The position numbers and the translations under genes are program-made. A stretch of 64,000 nt of DNA from Prevotella sp. (GTDB taxonomy: Bacteria; Bacteroidota; Bacteroidia; Bacteroidales; Bacteroidaceae): the NCBI GenBank assembly GCA_052356385.1, contig DAWDAD010000007.1, positions 6,465 through 70,464 on the forward strand. Reading direction: 5' to 3'. Below, in pieces: positions 37,982 to 50,201 of this stretch. Every line of letters starts with the position of its first letter. Positions within the stretch are counted from its first letter, which is position 1. The notes under the pieces were generated by a model. The model searched no databases, had not been told where the DNA came from, and saw only the letters and a program-made list of their open reading frames with translations.

Positions 37982-39340
37982 TTACTTCTCGTTAGCCAGA
38001 CGCTCCTGGATAGCCTTGCTCTCTGCCTCATAACCTGGCTTGTTGAGCAATGCGAACATGTTCTTCTTGTAAGCCTCAACACCTGGCTGGTTGAATGGGT
38101 TCACCTCTTCCAAGAGACCGCTGATACCGCAAGCCTTCTCGAAGAAGTAGATCAACTGACCGAGGTAGTAAGCGTTCAACTCAGGTACGTTAACCAGGAT
38201 GTTAGGAACACCACCGTCAACGTGAGCCAGACGTGTACCGAGCTCAGCCATCTTGTTCACCTCGTCAACACGCTTGCCCTCAAGGAAGTTCAAACCGTCG
38301 AGGTTCTCGTCATCGTGAGGGAAGAGCAACTTCTCGTTAGGAGTCTCTACGCTGATAACTGTCTCGAAGATAGAGCGCTCGCCCTGCTGAATCCACTGGC
38401 CCATAGAGTGAAGGTCGGTAGTGAAGTCGCAAGCTGCTGGGAAGATACCCTTCTGGTCCTTACCCTCGCTCTCACCATAGAGCTGCTTCCACCACTCAGC
38501 GAAGTAGTGAAGCTTAGGCTGGAAGTTGCAGACGATCTCAATCTTCTTGCCAGCCTGAGTATAGAGAGCCTGACGTGTAGCTGCATAGATAGCAGCAGGG
38601 TTCTCCTCGAAAGCTACGTCCTTGCCGCAAGCCTTCTCCATCTCTACAGCACCAGCTACAAGCTGCTTAACATCGAAACCAGCTACAGCGATAGGCAACA
38701 GACCTACTGGAGTAAGAACAGAGAAACGACCACCTACATTGTCAGGGATGATGAAGCTCTTGTAACCCTCCTTGTCAGCGCAAGTACGTGCAGCACCCTT
38801 CTTGGCATCGGTTACAGCAACGATAACATCCTTAGCCTCTTCCTTGCCGCGCTGATCCTCGCACTGCTTCTTCAGAAGACGGAAAGCGAGAGCTGTCTCA
38901 GTTGTGGTACCAGACTTAGAGATATTGATGACACCAAACTTCTTGTCCTTCAGGAAAGAAGTCAACTCGAAGAGGTAATCCTCACCGATGTTGTTACCTG
39001 CGAAGAGGATAGTTGGGTTCTTCTTGTCGTTAACGAGCCATGCGAAAGAGTTGCCGAGACCTTCGATAACGGCGCGTGCACCGAGGTAGCTACCACCGAT
39101 ACCTGCCACAACAACGACCTCACACTTTTCGCGCAATGTGTTGGCAACAGCCTGGATTTCATTGAGGAACTCAGGAGTGATAGAAGATGGCAAATGCAAC
39201 CATCCCAAGAAATCGTTACCTTCACATGTGCCGTTCTCAAGAGCTTCCTGAGCGGCCTTTACCTTAGGCTCGTAAGCCTTTACTGCACCCTCTGCGAGGA
39301 ATGATGCAGCCTTTGTAATGTTTAAGCTGATACTTTTCAT
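37982..39340 (-). CDS. pgi: Glucose-6-phosphate isomerase
   Basis: [40 protein letters not shown]. Confidence 0.97.
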   Translation of the reverse strand: MKSISLNITKAASFLAEGAVKAYEPKVKAAQEALENGTCEGNDFLGWLHLPSSITPEFLNEIQAVANTLREKCEVVVVAGIGGSYLGARAVIEGLGNSFAWLVNDKKNPTILFAGNNIGEDYLFELTSFLKDKKFGVINISKSGTTTETALAFRLLKKQCEDQRGKEEAKDVIVAVTDAKKGAARTCADKEGYKSFIIPDNVGGRFSVLTPVGLLPIAVAGFDVKQLVAGAVEMEKACGKDVAFEENPAAIYAATRQALYTQAGKKIEIVCNFQPKLHYFAEWWKQLYGESEGKDQKGIFPAACDFTTDLHSMGQWIQQGERSIFETVISVETPNEKLLFPHDDENLDGLNFLEGKRVDEVNKMAELGTRLAHVDGGVPNILVNVPELNAYYLGQLIYFFEKACGISGLLEEVNPFNQPGVEAYKKNMFALLNKPGYEAESKAIQERLANEK

Positions 39341-39383
39341 TTTTCCTTTTAAATATCTAAATGAATGTGTTAATTTTTCTCCT

Positions 39384-40382
39384 TTATCTGAACGAGTCGG
39401 TCAAGAGCTTGATTTCGATTTGCGGACTGATACGTTCGTACAATATATTATATACGGCATCGAGAATCGGCATGTTGACGTGCATGTGGCGATTGATTTC
39501 CTTCATACACTTGGTGCCGAAATATCCTTCTGCAATCATCTCCATCTCTATCTGCGCACTCTTCACGCTGTAGCCCTTGCCTATCATGGTTCCGAAGGTG
39601 CGGTTGCGGGAGAAGTTGCTGTAACCCGTTACGAGCAGGTCGCCCAGATATACCGAATCGTACATACAACGGTCGATAGGGTGGACGGCAGTGAGGAAGC
39701 GATGCATCTCCTGTACGGCGTTCGACATGAGTACCGCCTGGAAGTTGTCACCATACTTCAAACCACCACAGATACCTGCTGCAATGGCATACACGTTTTT
39801 CAGCACCGATGAGTATTCGATACCGATGACGTCGCTGGAAGTTTTGGTCTTGATATACTCACTCGCCAAACAGTCGTTGGCGAAGGCATGCGCTTTGTCT
39901 GTGTCGCTGCAACCCACGGTGAGGTAACTCAATCGCTCCAAGGCAACCTCCTCGGCATGAGAAGGACCGCCGATACATGCCAGGTTCTCGTATGGTACGT
40001 CATAAACCTGATGGAAATATTCCGAGCAGACAAGGTTCTCATCAGGCACGATACCCTTGATGGCTGTGATGATGAACTTGTCGCTGATCCGTGTCTTGAG
40101 TTTCTTGAGATGGTTCTTCAGGTAAGGCGATGGGGTGACGAATACGAGTGTATCGTAGTTCTGCACTATCTTGTTGATGTCGGAAGAGAAGAATATCTCA
40201 TCCACATTGAATCGTGCTGACATCAGATAGGCAGGGTTGTGGCCCATACGCTTGAAGTCCTCGATGCGGTCATCGCGACGCATATACCAACCTATGTGAT
40301 GAGTATGGCCCACCACAATCTTGGCTATTGCTGTAGCCCAGCTACCGCCGCCAATTATCGCTATTTTACCGCAATTATACAC
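39384..40382 (-). CDS. gpsA: NAD(P)H-dependent glycerol-3-phosphate dehydrogenase
   Basis: [32 protein letters not shown]...SRN; GTG start. Confidence 0.95.
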   Translation of the reverse strand: MYNCGKIAIIGGGSWATAIAKIVVGHTHHIGWYMRRDDRIEDFKRMGHNPAYLMSARFNVDEIFFSSDINKIVQNYDTLVFVTPSPYLKNHLKKLKTRISDKFIITAIKGIVPDENLVCSEYFHQVYDVPYENLACIGGPSHAEEVALERLSYLTVGCSDTDKAHAFANDCLASEYIKTKTSSDVIGIEYSSVLKNVYAIAAGICGGLKYGDNFQAVLMSNAVQEMHRFLTAVHPIDRCMYDSVYLGDLLVTGYSNFSRNRTFGTMIGKGYSVKSAQIEMEMIAEGYFGTKCMKEINRHMHVNMPILDAVYNILYERISPQIEIKLLTDSFR

Positions 40383-40424
40383 CTTATTATATAATGTTAA
40401 GTGTTAAATGTTCTCAAGTTTTTT

Positions 40425-40471
40425 CAAGAATTAGAGAATTGGAGAAAAGATCTGAAATTCTCTAATTCTTG
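40425..40471 (-). terminator. Stem-loop after lysS
   Basis: tcaagaattagagaatt / aattctctaattcttga. Confidence 0.6.
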
Positions 40472-40490
40472 AAACGGAATAAACTTGATT

Positions 40491-42221
40491 TTATTTATTT
40501 GCTGCGTCAATCCAGCCCTGGATGTCGTCAACAGAAGGCTTCTCGTAGCCGAGCTTGTACTTCTTGTTGATTTCGCCGATTTTCTGCTGGAGACCCTGAG
40601 CCTTTTCTTCACGGATATCAGAGATGAGGTTGAAACCTGCCTTGCGGAGCACGTATGCCCAATCCTCTGGCACGCCAATCTCTTCCCATTCCTTGATGGT
40701 GCTCTGTGGCATCTTCTTCTCTGGCTTCATCTGTGGGAAGAACAATACCTCCTGGATGAAGGTCTTGCCGGTCATCAGCATTACCAGACGGTCGATACCG
40801 ATACCGATACCTGATGTAGGAGGCATACCGTACTGGAGGGCACGGAGGAAGTCCTGGTCGATGATCATTGCCTCGTCATCACCCTTATCGGCAAGCTTCA
40901 TCTGGTCGATGAAACGCTCTTCCTGATCGATTGGGTCGTTGAGCTCAGAGTATGCATTGGCAAGCTCTTTACCGTTTACCATCAACTCGAAGCGCTCGGT
41001 CAAGCCTGGCTTAGAACGATGCATCTTGGTCAATGGAGACATCTCTACAGGATAGTCGGTGATGAAGGTTGGCTGGAGGAAGGTTCCCTCGCAGAACTCG
41101 CCGAAGAGCTCGTCAATCAACTTACCCTTACCCATAGTCTCATCTACGTCCATACCCTTCTCCTTGCAGAATGCGCGGATTTCTTCCTCGGTCTTGCCGT
41201 TGCAGTCGAAACCGGTCTTCTCCTTGATGGCATCGAGGATAGGCAGACGGCGATATGGAGCCTTGAAGCTGATGATGTTGCCATCAATCTCACGCTCTGG
41301 CTTGCCGTTGACAGCAATACAGATAGTCTCGAGCAACTTCTCTGTGAATGCCATCATCCAGTTGTAGTCCTTGTACTGAACATAAAGCTCCATACAGGTG
41401 AACTCTGGGTTGTGGTTGCGGTCCATACCCTCATTGCGGAAGTTCTTGCCAATCTCATAGACACCCTCGAAACCACCTACGATGAGGCGCTTCAGATAAA
41501 GCTCGGTAGCGATACGCATGTACATATCCTGGTCGAGTGCGTTGAAGTGGGTGATGAATGGGCGGGCAGAAGCACCACCGGCAATGCTCTGCAGGGTAGG
41601 AGTCTCTACCTCTGTATAGCCAGCGTTGTCGAGTACGCTGCGCAGGGTGCGGAGTACGGTAGCACGCTGCAGGAAGGTTTCCTTCACGCCATCGTTTACG
41701 ATGAGGTCAACATAGCGCTGACGGTAACGCAACTCAGGATCGTCGAACTTGTCGTAAGCTACACCATCCTTGTACTTCACGATTGGGAGTGGCTTCAAGC
41801 TCTTGGAGAGCAGGCACAACTCCTTGGCGTGAACAGAAATCTCGCCAGTCTGTGTACGGAAAACGAAACCCTTTACGCCGATGAAGTCACCGATGTCGAG
41901 GAGCTTCTTGAATACAGTATTATAAAGGTCCTTGTTCTCGTCTGGACAAATCTCGTCGCGGGCGATATAGACCTGGATTCTTCCCTTTGAGTCCTGCAAC
42001 TCAGCGAAGCTTGCTTTACCCATTACGCGGCGACCCATCATACGGCCAGCGATAACTACCTGGCGTGGCTCGTCCTCGTCCTTGAACTCAGCCTTGATAT
42101 CAGTGCTGAATGCATTGGTTGGAAACTCTGCTGCTGGATATGGATCGATGCCCATCTCGCGCAATGTCTGAAGACTCTGTCTGCGAACGATCTCCTGTTC
42201 GCTTAACTCTAAAATGTTCAT
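40491..42221 (-). CDS. lysS: Lysine--tRNA ligase
   Basis: [38 protein letters not shown]; start set at MNILELSEQ. Confidence 0.97.
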   Translation of the reverse strand: MNILELSEQEIVRRQSLQTLREMGIDPYPAAEFPTNAFSTDIKAEFKDEDEPRQVVIAGRMMGRRVMGKASFAELQDSKGRIQVYIARDEICPDENKDLYNTVFKKLLDIGDFIGVKGFVFRTQTGEISVHAKELCLLSKSLKPLPIVKYKDGVAYDKFDDPELRYRQRYVDLIVNDGVKETFLQRATVLRTLRSVLDNAGYTEVETPTLQSIAGGASARPFITHFNALDQDMYMRIATELYLKRLIVGGFEGVYEIGKNFRNEGMDRNHNPEFTCMELYVQYKDYNWMMAFTEKLLETICIAVNGKPEREIDGNIISFKAPYRRLPILDAIKEKTGFDCNGKTEEEIRAFCKEKGMDVDETMGKGKLIDELFGEFCEGTFLQPTFITDYPVEMSPLTKMHRSKPGLTERFELMVNGKELANAYSELNDPIDQEERFIDQMKLADKGDDEAMIIDQDFLRALQYGMPPTSGIGIGIDRLVMLMTGKTFIQEVLFFPQMKPEKKMPQSTIKEWEEIGVPEDWAYVLRKAGFNLISDIREEKAQGLQQKIGEINKKYKLGYEKPSVDDIQGWIDAANK

Positions 42222-42351
42222 ATTATATTCAGATATATCTTTATATTTTCTTATTTTGGTGCAAAAATACAAATAATTTTCCGAACTCGCACCCTATTTT
42301 TATGCTTTTTAATACAATAAGGTGATTTATCTATGCAAAAATTGCACGAGC

Positions 42352-43476
42352 CTATAGTTTGATGAAGATTTTCTTGTGATACATCCAGACTCCCATCACG
42401 GCGTGGATGGCTACAAAGAAGAGGGCGTAGGTGAGCGATGCCACATAATCATCGGTGATGAGGCTGTGAATGCCGGCAAAGATATCTGCCTTGATGCCGA
42501 AGCTGCCGAAGAGGATGGCGAGCGCCTCACTCATCACATAGAGAAAGAGTGGGTTCATGCCAAAGGCGAGCAATCCCCTGGTCAGGATGTTGTCTTTCTG
42601 CGGCTTCTTCTGGCTGTCGCCTGTCGCAGCTGAATCGGTAGCTGCACCTCTTCCGTCGATAAACTGTACCAGGATGCCCAATATCCAGGATGCGAATCCG
42701 CAGGTTACGAATACGTAGCTGGGACTCCAGATGCGCTTGTTGATTCCGAAACCTATCAGGGAGAGTCCGAATCCCAGGGCTACCATCACAAGACCTGCCA
42801 CTTTCAAGACTTTGATCTTGGATTCTACAGTCTGTCCCGCAATGGAGATGTATTTGCAGCAGAGGAATCCTATCATCGTATGGGCGATGGCAGGAATCGT
42901 GCTCAGCAATCCTTCGGGATCTACCGGACTTCTATGATAGAGATGGTCGATACCGAAGATGTTTCTATCTACCTGTGCCAGGATGTTGATGGAGGCATCG
43001 TATGCATAGCCGTTGCCAAATACCAGGATTCCCATATAGATGACAATCAGTCCGATGATGGTATGGATGAAGTAACGGTGGTTCAGGGTGATGGCAAGCA
43101 TAGCCACTACTCCGTAGCAGAGGGCGATGCGCTGCAGGACAGCCCAGATTCTGAGGTGGGCAAAGTCTAGCCCACCTTCGTTGCATATCATGTCAAACCA
43201 GTTGATGCCCAGACCGATGAGAAAGAGCAGGATGGTTCGCTTGGCAATCTTTCTGTAGATGGCGGCAGAAGGCTTGAACTCAGTCTTCTTCAGAGATAGA
43301 AAGGTGGACATTCCCATCATGAAGAGGAAGAAGGGAAAGACCAGGTCGCATGGGGTGAGTCCATTCCACTTGCTATGCTCCAGGAAACTGTAGTTATGCT
43401 CCCCGCCATTGTTTACTAATATCATGAGGGCTACGGTGAGTCCTCGCATCACGTCGAGTGATTTTAATCTGTTCAT
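42352..43476 (-). CDS. Heparan-alpha-glucosaminide N-acetyltransferase-like membrane protein (HGSNAT/NagX family)
   Basis: RLKSLDVMRG, MILVN, HSKWNGLTPCDLVFPFFLF, VLQRI, DPEGLLS, NKRIWSPSY. Confidence 0.88.
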   Translation of the reverse strand: MNRLKSLDVMRGLTVALMILVNNGGEHNYSFLEHSKWNGLTPCDLVFPFFLFMMGMSTFLSLKKTEFKPSAAIYRKIAKRTILLFLIGLGINWFDMICNEGGLDFAHLRIWAVLQRIALCYGVVAMLAITLNHRYFIHTIIGLIVIYMGILVFGNGYAYDASINILAQVDRNIFGIDHLYHRSPVDPEGLLSTIPAIAHTMIGFLCCKYISIAGQTVESKIKVLKVAGLVMVALGFGLSLIGFGINKRIWSPSYVFVTCGFASWILGILVQFIDGRGAATDSAATGDSQKKPQKDNILTRGLLAFGMNPLFLYVMSEALAILFGSFGIKADIFAGIHSLITDDYVASLTYALFFVAIHAVMGVWMYHKKIFIKL

Positions 43477-43500
43477 ATATTATCTGATGGATATCATGAA

Positions 43501-45783
43501 TTACTTGATGAAATGAATGACTTCCTTGGCTATGTCTGCAGGATTTCCCTCTGGCTTCGATGAGTATGGGTTCTTCTGCAGGGTCCAAGGCTCCTCCAGC
43601 GCATACCAGTCGATTTTCGGTGCACTAGGCAATGCCAGTTGGAAGAGTTCTGCGGATGTCTTGCCGGCATTCTTGCCACTGCCCAAAGCCTCGTAATCGA
43701 TGTTCGTGCAAGCCGCCATCTGGTCGGCGAGGGCTTTCATATAGGTACTCCAGCGCTTGTAGTAGAAGTCCTTCAGCAATCCTTGCCATTCCTTATGTCC
43801 ATAATCTCGCAAACCGCCATCATCGGCACAGATACGGTTGCCCCAGGTGGTAATCTGTACGCGGGCATTCCATTCGTAGAGGTCTTTCTCTGCTGTGGTC
43901 TTACCCAGGTTGCGTGCTTCCTCTATCCAGTGTCCCAGACGGAATTCCGGACGGGTGGCGAGCAGCTTGTCCTGCAGCAGAATCATCTTCAGAAAACGGT
44001 CGGCATCCTTGTCAAACTCCTTGCGGGAGAATGATTGATAGTCGGCGATGGTCTTCCAGTACTGTTTGCGTCCCTGGTCGGCGAGAGCCTGTCGGCAGAT
44101 ATCTACCAGATCGTACTCATAGTTGTTGTTGCCACGGTATTTGTCTGCTACACTGGCAAAGAGAAGGGCTGCCTGTCGGGTATCTTCCGGGTCGTAATAG
44201 TTGCGCATCTTCGACCAGCTGGAAACCTGGAAGTTGTTGAGCGAAGGGCGACCGCAGAAGATGCTCTCGTGAGTACCCTGCTGGTTGTTGCCCACCGGAC
44301 AGTTGTAGATGCTCTGTGCCAGGAGCGCCCATGCCTTCTCGATGGTTGCATCGTGCACCCCGTAGCGGGCATAGCAGTATTCCTTGAGCCAGTCTTCCTT
44401 GGTAGTCTTCTCGGCACGCCAAGGCAGTTCGCTCATCAGCTCAAACATCACCGGGTTGTTTTCCGAACCTTCCATCGTGAAGCCCCAACCCTTGAGCGTT
44501 TCACTATTATGATTGTTTTCTCCCTTTTTTCCTGTTGCCAGATAGAAGTTGTTCAGCAGCTGGTCCATTCTTCCATGCAGACCCACATTGCCTCCGAAGT
44601 TCTCAAGCATACAGAAGAGCCACTGGTGCTTGCCGTAACCGCCATCCCGCTTCAGAATGCTAGGACCGCCAAACATCGGTCGGCATTCTGAGAAGAGGTC
44701 GAGTACCAGGATGTCGCCAACCTTCAAGTCTTCAATCATCTGAGGACGAGGGTTCTCGTTCCATCCCTGAACCACCCAGACAGCTTTTGGGTTGGCACGC
44801 TTCATCGCACTCATCAGCGCCTGTCCAGCCTTGGCATAATCTACGGCAGCATCATCTCCACTCTCATGGAAAGGATCCATCGAGTAGAAATCAGATTTTC
44901 CGTAGAGCTTGGTCAGTTCCTTATAATATAGATCGGCGATTTCTGTAAATCTGCTGTCGGTAGGAGAGAGGTTGGCAGGACGCTGGTAACCGTTCCATTT
45001 GCCGGCATCCGTCACGTTCAGTCCCAGTCTCTTTTTGGCATCGTGAGGCACCATTCCGCAATAGCCCGGTAAGACTGGCTTCATGCCCATCTCCTTCATT
45101 CTGGCAAGAATCTTTTTCTGCAGGGTTTCCTGCTGCTTATACCAGTTCTGCGGCAACGGACCACCCCAACCTTCCAGGTTGTTCATTTCCCACCAGGCAA
45201 GAAAGGCTGGTCCGGCGATGAACTTGCCCACTTCTTCCTCAGAATAACCGAGTTTCAGGAGCATATTGCGCCATACGCATTCCGTGCCCACGGCAGCCAG
45301 TGGCATATTGATGCCATGCAATGCCATCCAGTCTATTTCTTTCTGCCATCGATTCCAATCCCAGAAAGCCATCGTATAAGAAAAGGTGCAGTAATTGAAG
45401 TCGTAACGGAGTTTGAGGTCGGTTTCATGGCGTTCTTTCTGTTTCACGGCAGGAAGAACGTTTGGTAATTTTTGGTTCATATTGTTCCAGGTGATGTGGA
45501 TGCCGGCATGGTGTTTCAGATACCAGTTGATGCCCACGGCAATATTGACCCAGGAGTTGCCTCGGATGATGATAGGATTGTTTTTGCCGGCCGGTTTGGA
45601 TGCTGTCGCATTCTTGCCATTTCCTGCCTGGTCTATCTCGAAGAAATCCTTGTCTGATTTTACAAGGATGGTCTTGAACTTGGCAGCAGCCCCTTTGTCG
45701 ATTCGATTCAGAAGATCGTCTGCCGGATTAGCGTATGCTCCCAGAGTAATGGTGCATAATAGTCCTAGAAGTAATTTTTTCAT
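43501..45783 (-). CDS. GH89 alpha-N-acetylglucosaminidase
   Basis: NYCTFSYT, EIDWMALHGIN, GPAFLAW, NARVQITTWG; signal peptide from MKKLLL. Confidence 0.93.
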   Translation of the reverse strand: MKKLLLGLLCTITLGAYANPADDLLNRIDKGAAAKFKTILVKSDKDFFEIDQAGNGKNATASKPAGKNNPIIIRGNSWVNIAVGINWYLKHHAGIHITWNNMNQKLPNVLPAVKQKERHETDLKLRYDFNYCTFSYTMAFWDWNRWQKEIDWMALHGINMPLAAVGTECVWRNMLLKLGYSEEEVGKFIAGPAFLAWWEMNNLEGWGGPLPQNWYKQQETLQKKILARMKEMGMKPVLPGYCGMVPHDAKKRLGLNVTDAGKWNGYQRPANLSPTDSRFTEIADLYYKELTKLYGKSDFYSMDPFHESGDDAAVDYAKAGQALMSAMKRANPKAVWVVQGWNENPRPQMIEDLKVGDILVLDLFSECRPMFGGPSILKRDGGYGKHQWLFCMLENFGGNVGLHGRMDQLLNNFYLATGKKGENNHNSETLKGWGFTMEGSENNPVMFELMSELPWRAEKTTKEDWLKEYCYARYGVHDATIEKAWALLAQSIYNCPVGNNQQGTHESIFCGRPSLNNFQVSSWSKMRNYYDPEDTRQAALLFASVADKYRGNNNYEYDLVDICRQALADQGRKQYWKTIADYQSFSRKEFDKDADRFLKMILLQDKLLATRPEFRLGHWIEEARNLGKTTAEKDLYEWNARVQITTWGNRICADDGGLRDYGHKEWQGLLKDFYYKRWSTYMKALADQMAACTNIDYEALGSGKNAGKTSAELFQLALPSAPKIDWYALEEPWTLQKNPYSSKPEGNPADIAKEVIHFIK

Positions 45784-45993
45784 AAAATTGTTTGTTGTTG
45801 TTTCAATATGCTGCAAAGATAGTGGAAAAAGCCGATAATGCCAAGCAAAAAGTGCTTAAAAGATTAAAAAAGACTTATTTATTTTGTTTTGTCTTTAATT
45901 TGCATTACTTTTGCAGGAAAATGAGGTGAGGAGTGAGCTGGACATCCATTTGCTCTTATCCCCCTAAACAACCAACTTTAAATTTTGATAAGG

Positions 45994-46446
45994 ATGAACA
46001 TAGATGAAGTAATTAAAAGAATAAGTAAGACCGATGGACTTTCTAAAACCCTCGGCATGCATTTTATCTCAACTCCTGAGCCTGATACGCTTCGGGCTAC
46101 GATGAAAGTGGATGAGCGTAATCGCCAGCCATTCGGATTTCTGAGTGGTGGTGCTTCTTTGGCATTGGCAGAGAATGTTGCTGGTATCGGATCCTTGGCT
46201 CTGTGCCCTGGTCAGATAGCTGTGGGTATCAATGTGAGTGGCACTCATGTACTGGCTGTTAGTGAAGGCGATACGGTTACTGCATACGCCAAGCTGGTTC
46301 ACAAAGGCAGAACCCTGCATACTTGGGAAGTTGCAATCAAAAACACTGCTGATGAATTGATCTGCACCGTACAGGTAACCAACTATGTGTTTACTCCTAA
46401 GAAGAAAGATGCTAAGATGCAGGAATCTAAAAAGACAGAAGAATAA
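45994..46446 (+). CDS. menI: Hotdog thioesterase (DHNA-CoA hydrolase, MenI-like)
   Basis: QPFGFLSGGASLALAE, GRTLHTW; first gene of the men cluster. Confidence 0.75.
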   Translation: MNIDEVIKRISKTDGLSKTLGMHFISTPEPDTLRATMKVDERNRQPFGFLSGGASLALAENVAGIGSLALCPGQIAVGINVSGTHVLAVSEGDTVTAYAKLVHKGRTLHTWEVAIKNTADELICTVQVTNYVFTPKKKDAKMQESKKTEE

Positions 46447-46449
46447 GGC

Positions 46450-47496
46450 ATGACAGCATTTGCATATTATCGTTTGCCTTATCTGCATCATGCTCATTAT
46501 GTGGCGCAGCATGAGGGTGAGCCGGAAGTGCTCTACTCGGTGGCAGAACTGAATGGCAAGGAGGGCTTTGTGATAGCTCCTTTCTCGCCGTCCGGCGATT
46601 GCCCTGTGCTGCTCATTCATCCGGATGAAAGCAAGCTTTTGCCCATCTCTGACGCAAAAGTGATTTCAACATCTGATTCTACTCAGGCAGAAAACGCTTC
46701 TGATCGTGATGCCTATGCCGAAGATTTTGAATGTTTTCATCAGGAATTGGAGAAAGGTACTTTCAGAAAGATTGTGTTGGCAAGAAAGGCAACTGTGCGA
46801 ACTGCTGATAAGAATTTCGAAAGTCTCTTCATGAAGGCGTGCCGGATGTATCCCCGTCTCTTCGTCTCCCTGGTTTATACCCCGCAGTCGGGAATGTGGC
46901 TGATGGCTACTCCTGAGATTCTGCTCAAGGGAGAACTGGGGAATATGAGTACGATGTCGCTGGCGGGTACCCAGAAGGCGGAACCGTCCCGCACTGTTGC
47001 CGATTATCCGGTGGAGGGCGTGGAATGGTCGCATAAGAATCAGGAGGAGCAACAGTATGTCACGGATTATATCGAAGATTGCATCAAGGCTTTTGCTGAC
47101 GATTATCAGCTCAAGGGACCTTATACCACGATGGCGGCAAATCTCTATCATCTTCGTACGGATATCAGTTTCCGTCTGCGGGATGAAGGTAGGTTGGGAG
47201 ATGTGATAGATGCACTCTATCCTACGCCTGCAGTCTGTGGTATCCCGAAGGAGGAAGCCCGCCGGTTTATCCTGCAGCATGAGCACCAGCCCCGCAAATA
47301 CTATAGTGGTTTTGTGGGACCTGTCTCTCCGCAAGGCAAGACCCATCTCTTCGTTTCCCTTCGCTGCATGAACATCCTGCCGGATGGAGCCTGTGAACTC
47401 TATGCTGGTGGCGGATTGCTCAAGGAGAGCGAGATGGAAAAGGAATGGAAAGAGACTGAAGCTAAGATGCAGACCATCAGACGGGTATTGCTTTAG
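46450..47496 (+). CDS. menF: Isochorismate synthase
   Basis: KIVLAR, ATPE, LAGT, PTPAVCG, LRCM, YAGGG. Confidence 0.88.
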   Translation: MTAFAYYRLPYLHHAHYVAQHEGEPEVLYSVAELNGKEGFVIAPFSPSGDCPVLLIHPDESKLLPISDAKVISTSDSTQAENASDRDAYAEDFECFHQELEKGTFRKIVLARKATVRTADKNFESLFMKACRMYPRLFVSLVYTPQSGMWLMATPEILLKGELGNMSTMSLAGTQKAEPSRTVADYPVEGVEWSHKNQEEQQYVTDYIEDCIKAFADDYQLKGPYTTMAANLYHLRTDISFRLRDEGRLGDVIDALYPTPAVCGIPKEEARRFILQHEHQPRKYYSGFVGPVSPQGKTHLFVSLRCMNILPDGACELYAGGGLLKESEMEKEWKETEAKMQTIRRVLL

Positions 47497-47567
47497 CTGA
47501 GATGGTCAGTTCATCAGACGTGTTTTTCTTTGATTAATTATAAAATCTTAATTATAAGTAAGTTCTC

Positions 47568-49328
47568 GTGTTTAGTAATATCGATAATGTCAACATTCTG
47601 ACGGGTGTTCTCGCATCTCATGGTGTGAGAAGAGTGGTGGTTTGCCCAGGAAGTCGTAATGCGCCTATCGTGCATAATTTTAATGAGATGGAAGGCATTA
47701 CCTGCTATCCTGTCACCGATGAACGCAGTGCAGGATTTGTGGCTATGGGCATTGCCTTGGGTAATCCGTCACCATGTCCCGATCCTGTAGCAGTTTGCGT
47801 TACTTCTGGTTCAGCATTGCTCAATCTCTATCCGGCAGTCTGCGAGGCTTTTTATCAGAAACTGCCTGTCATCGTGATTTCGGCTGATAGACCTGAAACT
47901 TGGATCGGACAGCAGGATGGACAGACCCTGCCACAAGCCAATGTCTTTGGGACGATGGTCAACAGGAGTGTGAATCTTCCGATTATATCCAATGAGGAGC
48001 AGGCATGGTATTGCGAACGGTTGGTGCACGAAGCGGTTATCGATTGCGTGCATCGCAAGATAGGTCCGGTACACATCAATATCCAGCTTTCTGAACCGCT
48101 TTATCAGTTTACGGTAGATAAGCTTCCGAAAACTCATTGGGTGGATTACGTGAAGACCAATCTCTTTGGCGGCAGTTTCCATTATGGTGATATGCTTGAT
48201 TTCCTGAATGCCAGGAAACCGATGATTGTGGTAGGGCAGGATTACCCATGTAGTCAGCTTTACGGCATCAAGCAGATAGATTCATGGGCAGTCACGCTTA
48301 TCGAACCGACGGCTCTGGGCACATCTAGTGAAGATCCTGCATGCCGGGAATTCTCCAGCGGCCTCCTGGTTACCAATTTCGATGAAGTGCTGAATAAGTT
48401 GGGGGATGACGAGGATTATATGCCCGATTTTATTCTCTATGTAGGAGGCACTTTGGTGAGCAAGCGTCTGAAACAGTTTCTTCGCCTTGCCGTAAAGAAG
48501 GGAGCAAAGGTATGGCGGGCAAGCACCGATGGTGATTACATCGATACCTTTATGCGTATTGACCGCATCTTCCCATGTGATACCACACAGTTGGCAGATG
48601 CCATGACTTCTTACGATCAGGTTTATCAGGATGATGTGGATGCGTATAAGGAACGTTGGGAGAAAGCACTGTGGGCGGCTAAACGTCATGCTTTCGATTA
48701 TGAACCGTCCTTCAGCAGTATGGCAGCTGTGAAGGCTTTCCAGGCGGAATATCTGGCTCATTCACTGGATGATACTCGTGAGTGCCGTCTTTTTTATGGC
48801 AATAGCATGGCTATTCGTCTGGCTTGCATCTATGCCCGCCAGTATGTGCATTGCAATCGGGGTGTAAATGGTATTGAGGGGTCGCTATCTACGGCAGCAG
48901 GCTTGTCTATCTATCTTTCGGAGTATCATCATCCGGATGCCAAGAGCCAGCAGAAAGTATTCTGCGTATTGGGCGACCTGAGTTTCTTCTACGATCAGAA
49001 TGCTCTCTGGAATCAGAATCTCAATGGTAGCCTTCGCATCTTGTTGCTGAACAATGGCGGCGGAGCCATCTTTGCCAAGTTCAAGGGATTGAAGGAGAGT
49101 GCTGCGCGCGAGAAACTGGTGATGGCTGAGCATTGTACCTCGGCTTATCACATCTGCCAGGCACAGAATGTAGCCTATCAGAATGCCGATGACATGAGTT
49201 CGCTACACGAGGGCATCGACTGGCTCATCCATACCGAGTCTGACAGACCGATGCTTCTGGAGGTGCTAACGGATATAGAAACTGATAATCAGGTAATAGA
49301 AAAATATTATAATAGTTTTCAAATATGA
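47568..49328 (+). CDS. menD: SEPHCHC synthase
   Basis: [42 protein letters not shown]. Confidence 0.95.
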   Translation: MFSNIDNVNILTGVLASHGVRRVVVCPGSRNAPIVHNFNEMEGITCYPVTDERSAGFVAMGIALGNPSPCPDPVAVCVTSGSALLNLYPAVCEAFYQKLPVIVISADRPETWIGQQDGQTLPQANVFGTMVNRSVNLPIISNEEQAWYCERLVHEAVIDCVHRKIGPVHINIQLSEPLYQFTVDKLPKTHWVDYVKTNLFGGSFHYGDMLDFLNARKPMIVVGQDYPCSQLYGIKQIDSWAVTLIEPTALGTSSEDPACREFSSGLLVTNFDEVLNKLGDDEDYMPDFILYVGGTLVSKRLKQFLRLAVKKGAKVWRASTDGDYIDTFMRIDRIFPCDTTQLADAMTSYDQVYQDDVDAYKERWEKALWAAKRHAFDYEPSFSSMAAVKAFQAEYLAHSLDDTRECRLFYGNSMAIRLACIYARQYVHCNRGVNGIEGSLSTAAGLSIYLSEYHHPDAKSQQKVFCVLGDLSFFYDQNALWNQNLNGSLRILLLNNGGGAIFAKFKGLKESAAREKLVMAEHCTSAYHICQAQNVAYQNADDMSSLHEGIDWLIHTESDRPMLLEVLTDIETDNQVIEKYYNSFQI

Positions 49329-50146
49329 GAGAATGGAAAAAGATAGAAGGTTTTGATTTCAAGGAAATCATCTTCGAGGAGTATAATCACATTGCTAAGA
49401 TTACCATCAATCGTGAGCGTTATCGCAATGCCTTCACCCCATTGACCACCTGGGAGATGGCGCAGGCTTTCAATTACTGTCGTGACTGTCTGGATATCCG
49501 TGTGGTTATCCTGACGGGTGCTGGCGACAAGGCTTTCTGTGCCGGTGGTGATATGCATGTGAAGGGCAGGGGTGGATATGTAGGCAACGATGGTGTGCCT
49601 CGTCTCAACGTGCTCGATGTGCAGATGCAGATTCGCCGCTTGCCTAAGCCTGTTATCGCCATGGTGAATGGCTATGCCATCGGTGGCGGTCATGTGCTCC
49701 ATGTGATGTGCGACCTGACCATCGCATCAGAGAATGCCATCTTCGGACAGACCGGTCCTAAGGTGGGAAGCTTTGATGCCGGTTTCGGTTCTTCATATCT
49801 GGCAAGAATGGTAGGTCAGAAGAAGGCTCGTGAAATCTGGTTCCTCTGCAAGCAGTATTCAGCAAAAGAGGCAGAGGAGATGGGAATGGTGAACAAGGTG
49901 GTTCCTCTTGATCAGTTGGAGGATACTTGTGTAGAGTGGGCTGAAATCATGATGGAGCGTTCTCCTCTGGCTCTCCGTATGATCAAGGCTGGATTGAATG
50001 CCGAGTTGGATGGTCAGGCTGGTATCCAAGAGTTGGCTGGCGATGCCACCATGCTCTATTATACCATGGATGAGGCACAGGAAGGCGGCAAGGCATTCCT
50101 GGAGAAGCGCAAGCCTCGCTTCGAGGATTATCCTCAGTTCCCATAA
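49325..50146 (+). CDS. menB: 1,4-dihydroxy-2-naphthoyl-CoA synthase
   Basis: [35 protein letters not shown]. Confidence 0.97.
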   Translation: MREWKKIEGFDFKEIIFEEYNHIAKITINRERYRNAFTPLTTWEMAQAFNYCRDCLDIRVVILTGAGDKAFCAGGDMHVKGRGGYVGNDGVPRLNVLDVQMQIRRLPKPVIAMVNGYAIGGGHVLHVMCDLTIASENAIFGQTGPKVGSFDAGFGSSYLARMVGQKKAREIWFLCKQYSAKEAEEMGMVNKVVPLDQLEDTCVEWAEIMMERSPLALRMIKAGLNAELDGQAGIQELAGDATMLYYTMDEAQEGGKAFLEKRKPRFEDYPQFP

Positions 50147-50149
50147 TTA

Positions 50150-50190
50150 AAAAACTCGGAAGATACATTTCTATATCTTCCGAGTTTTTT
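50150..50190. terminator. Bidirectional terminator between menB and queF
   Basis: aaaaaactcggaagata-catttc-tatatcttccgagtttttt. Confidence 0.85.
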
Positions 50191-50201
50191 TATTTCGTTT
50201 T

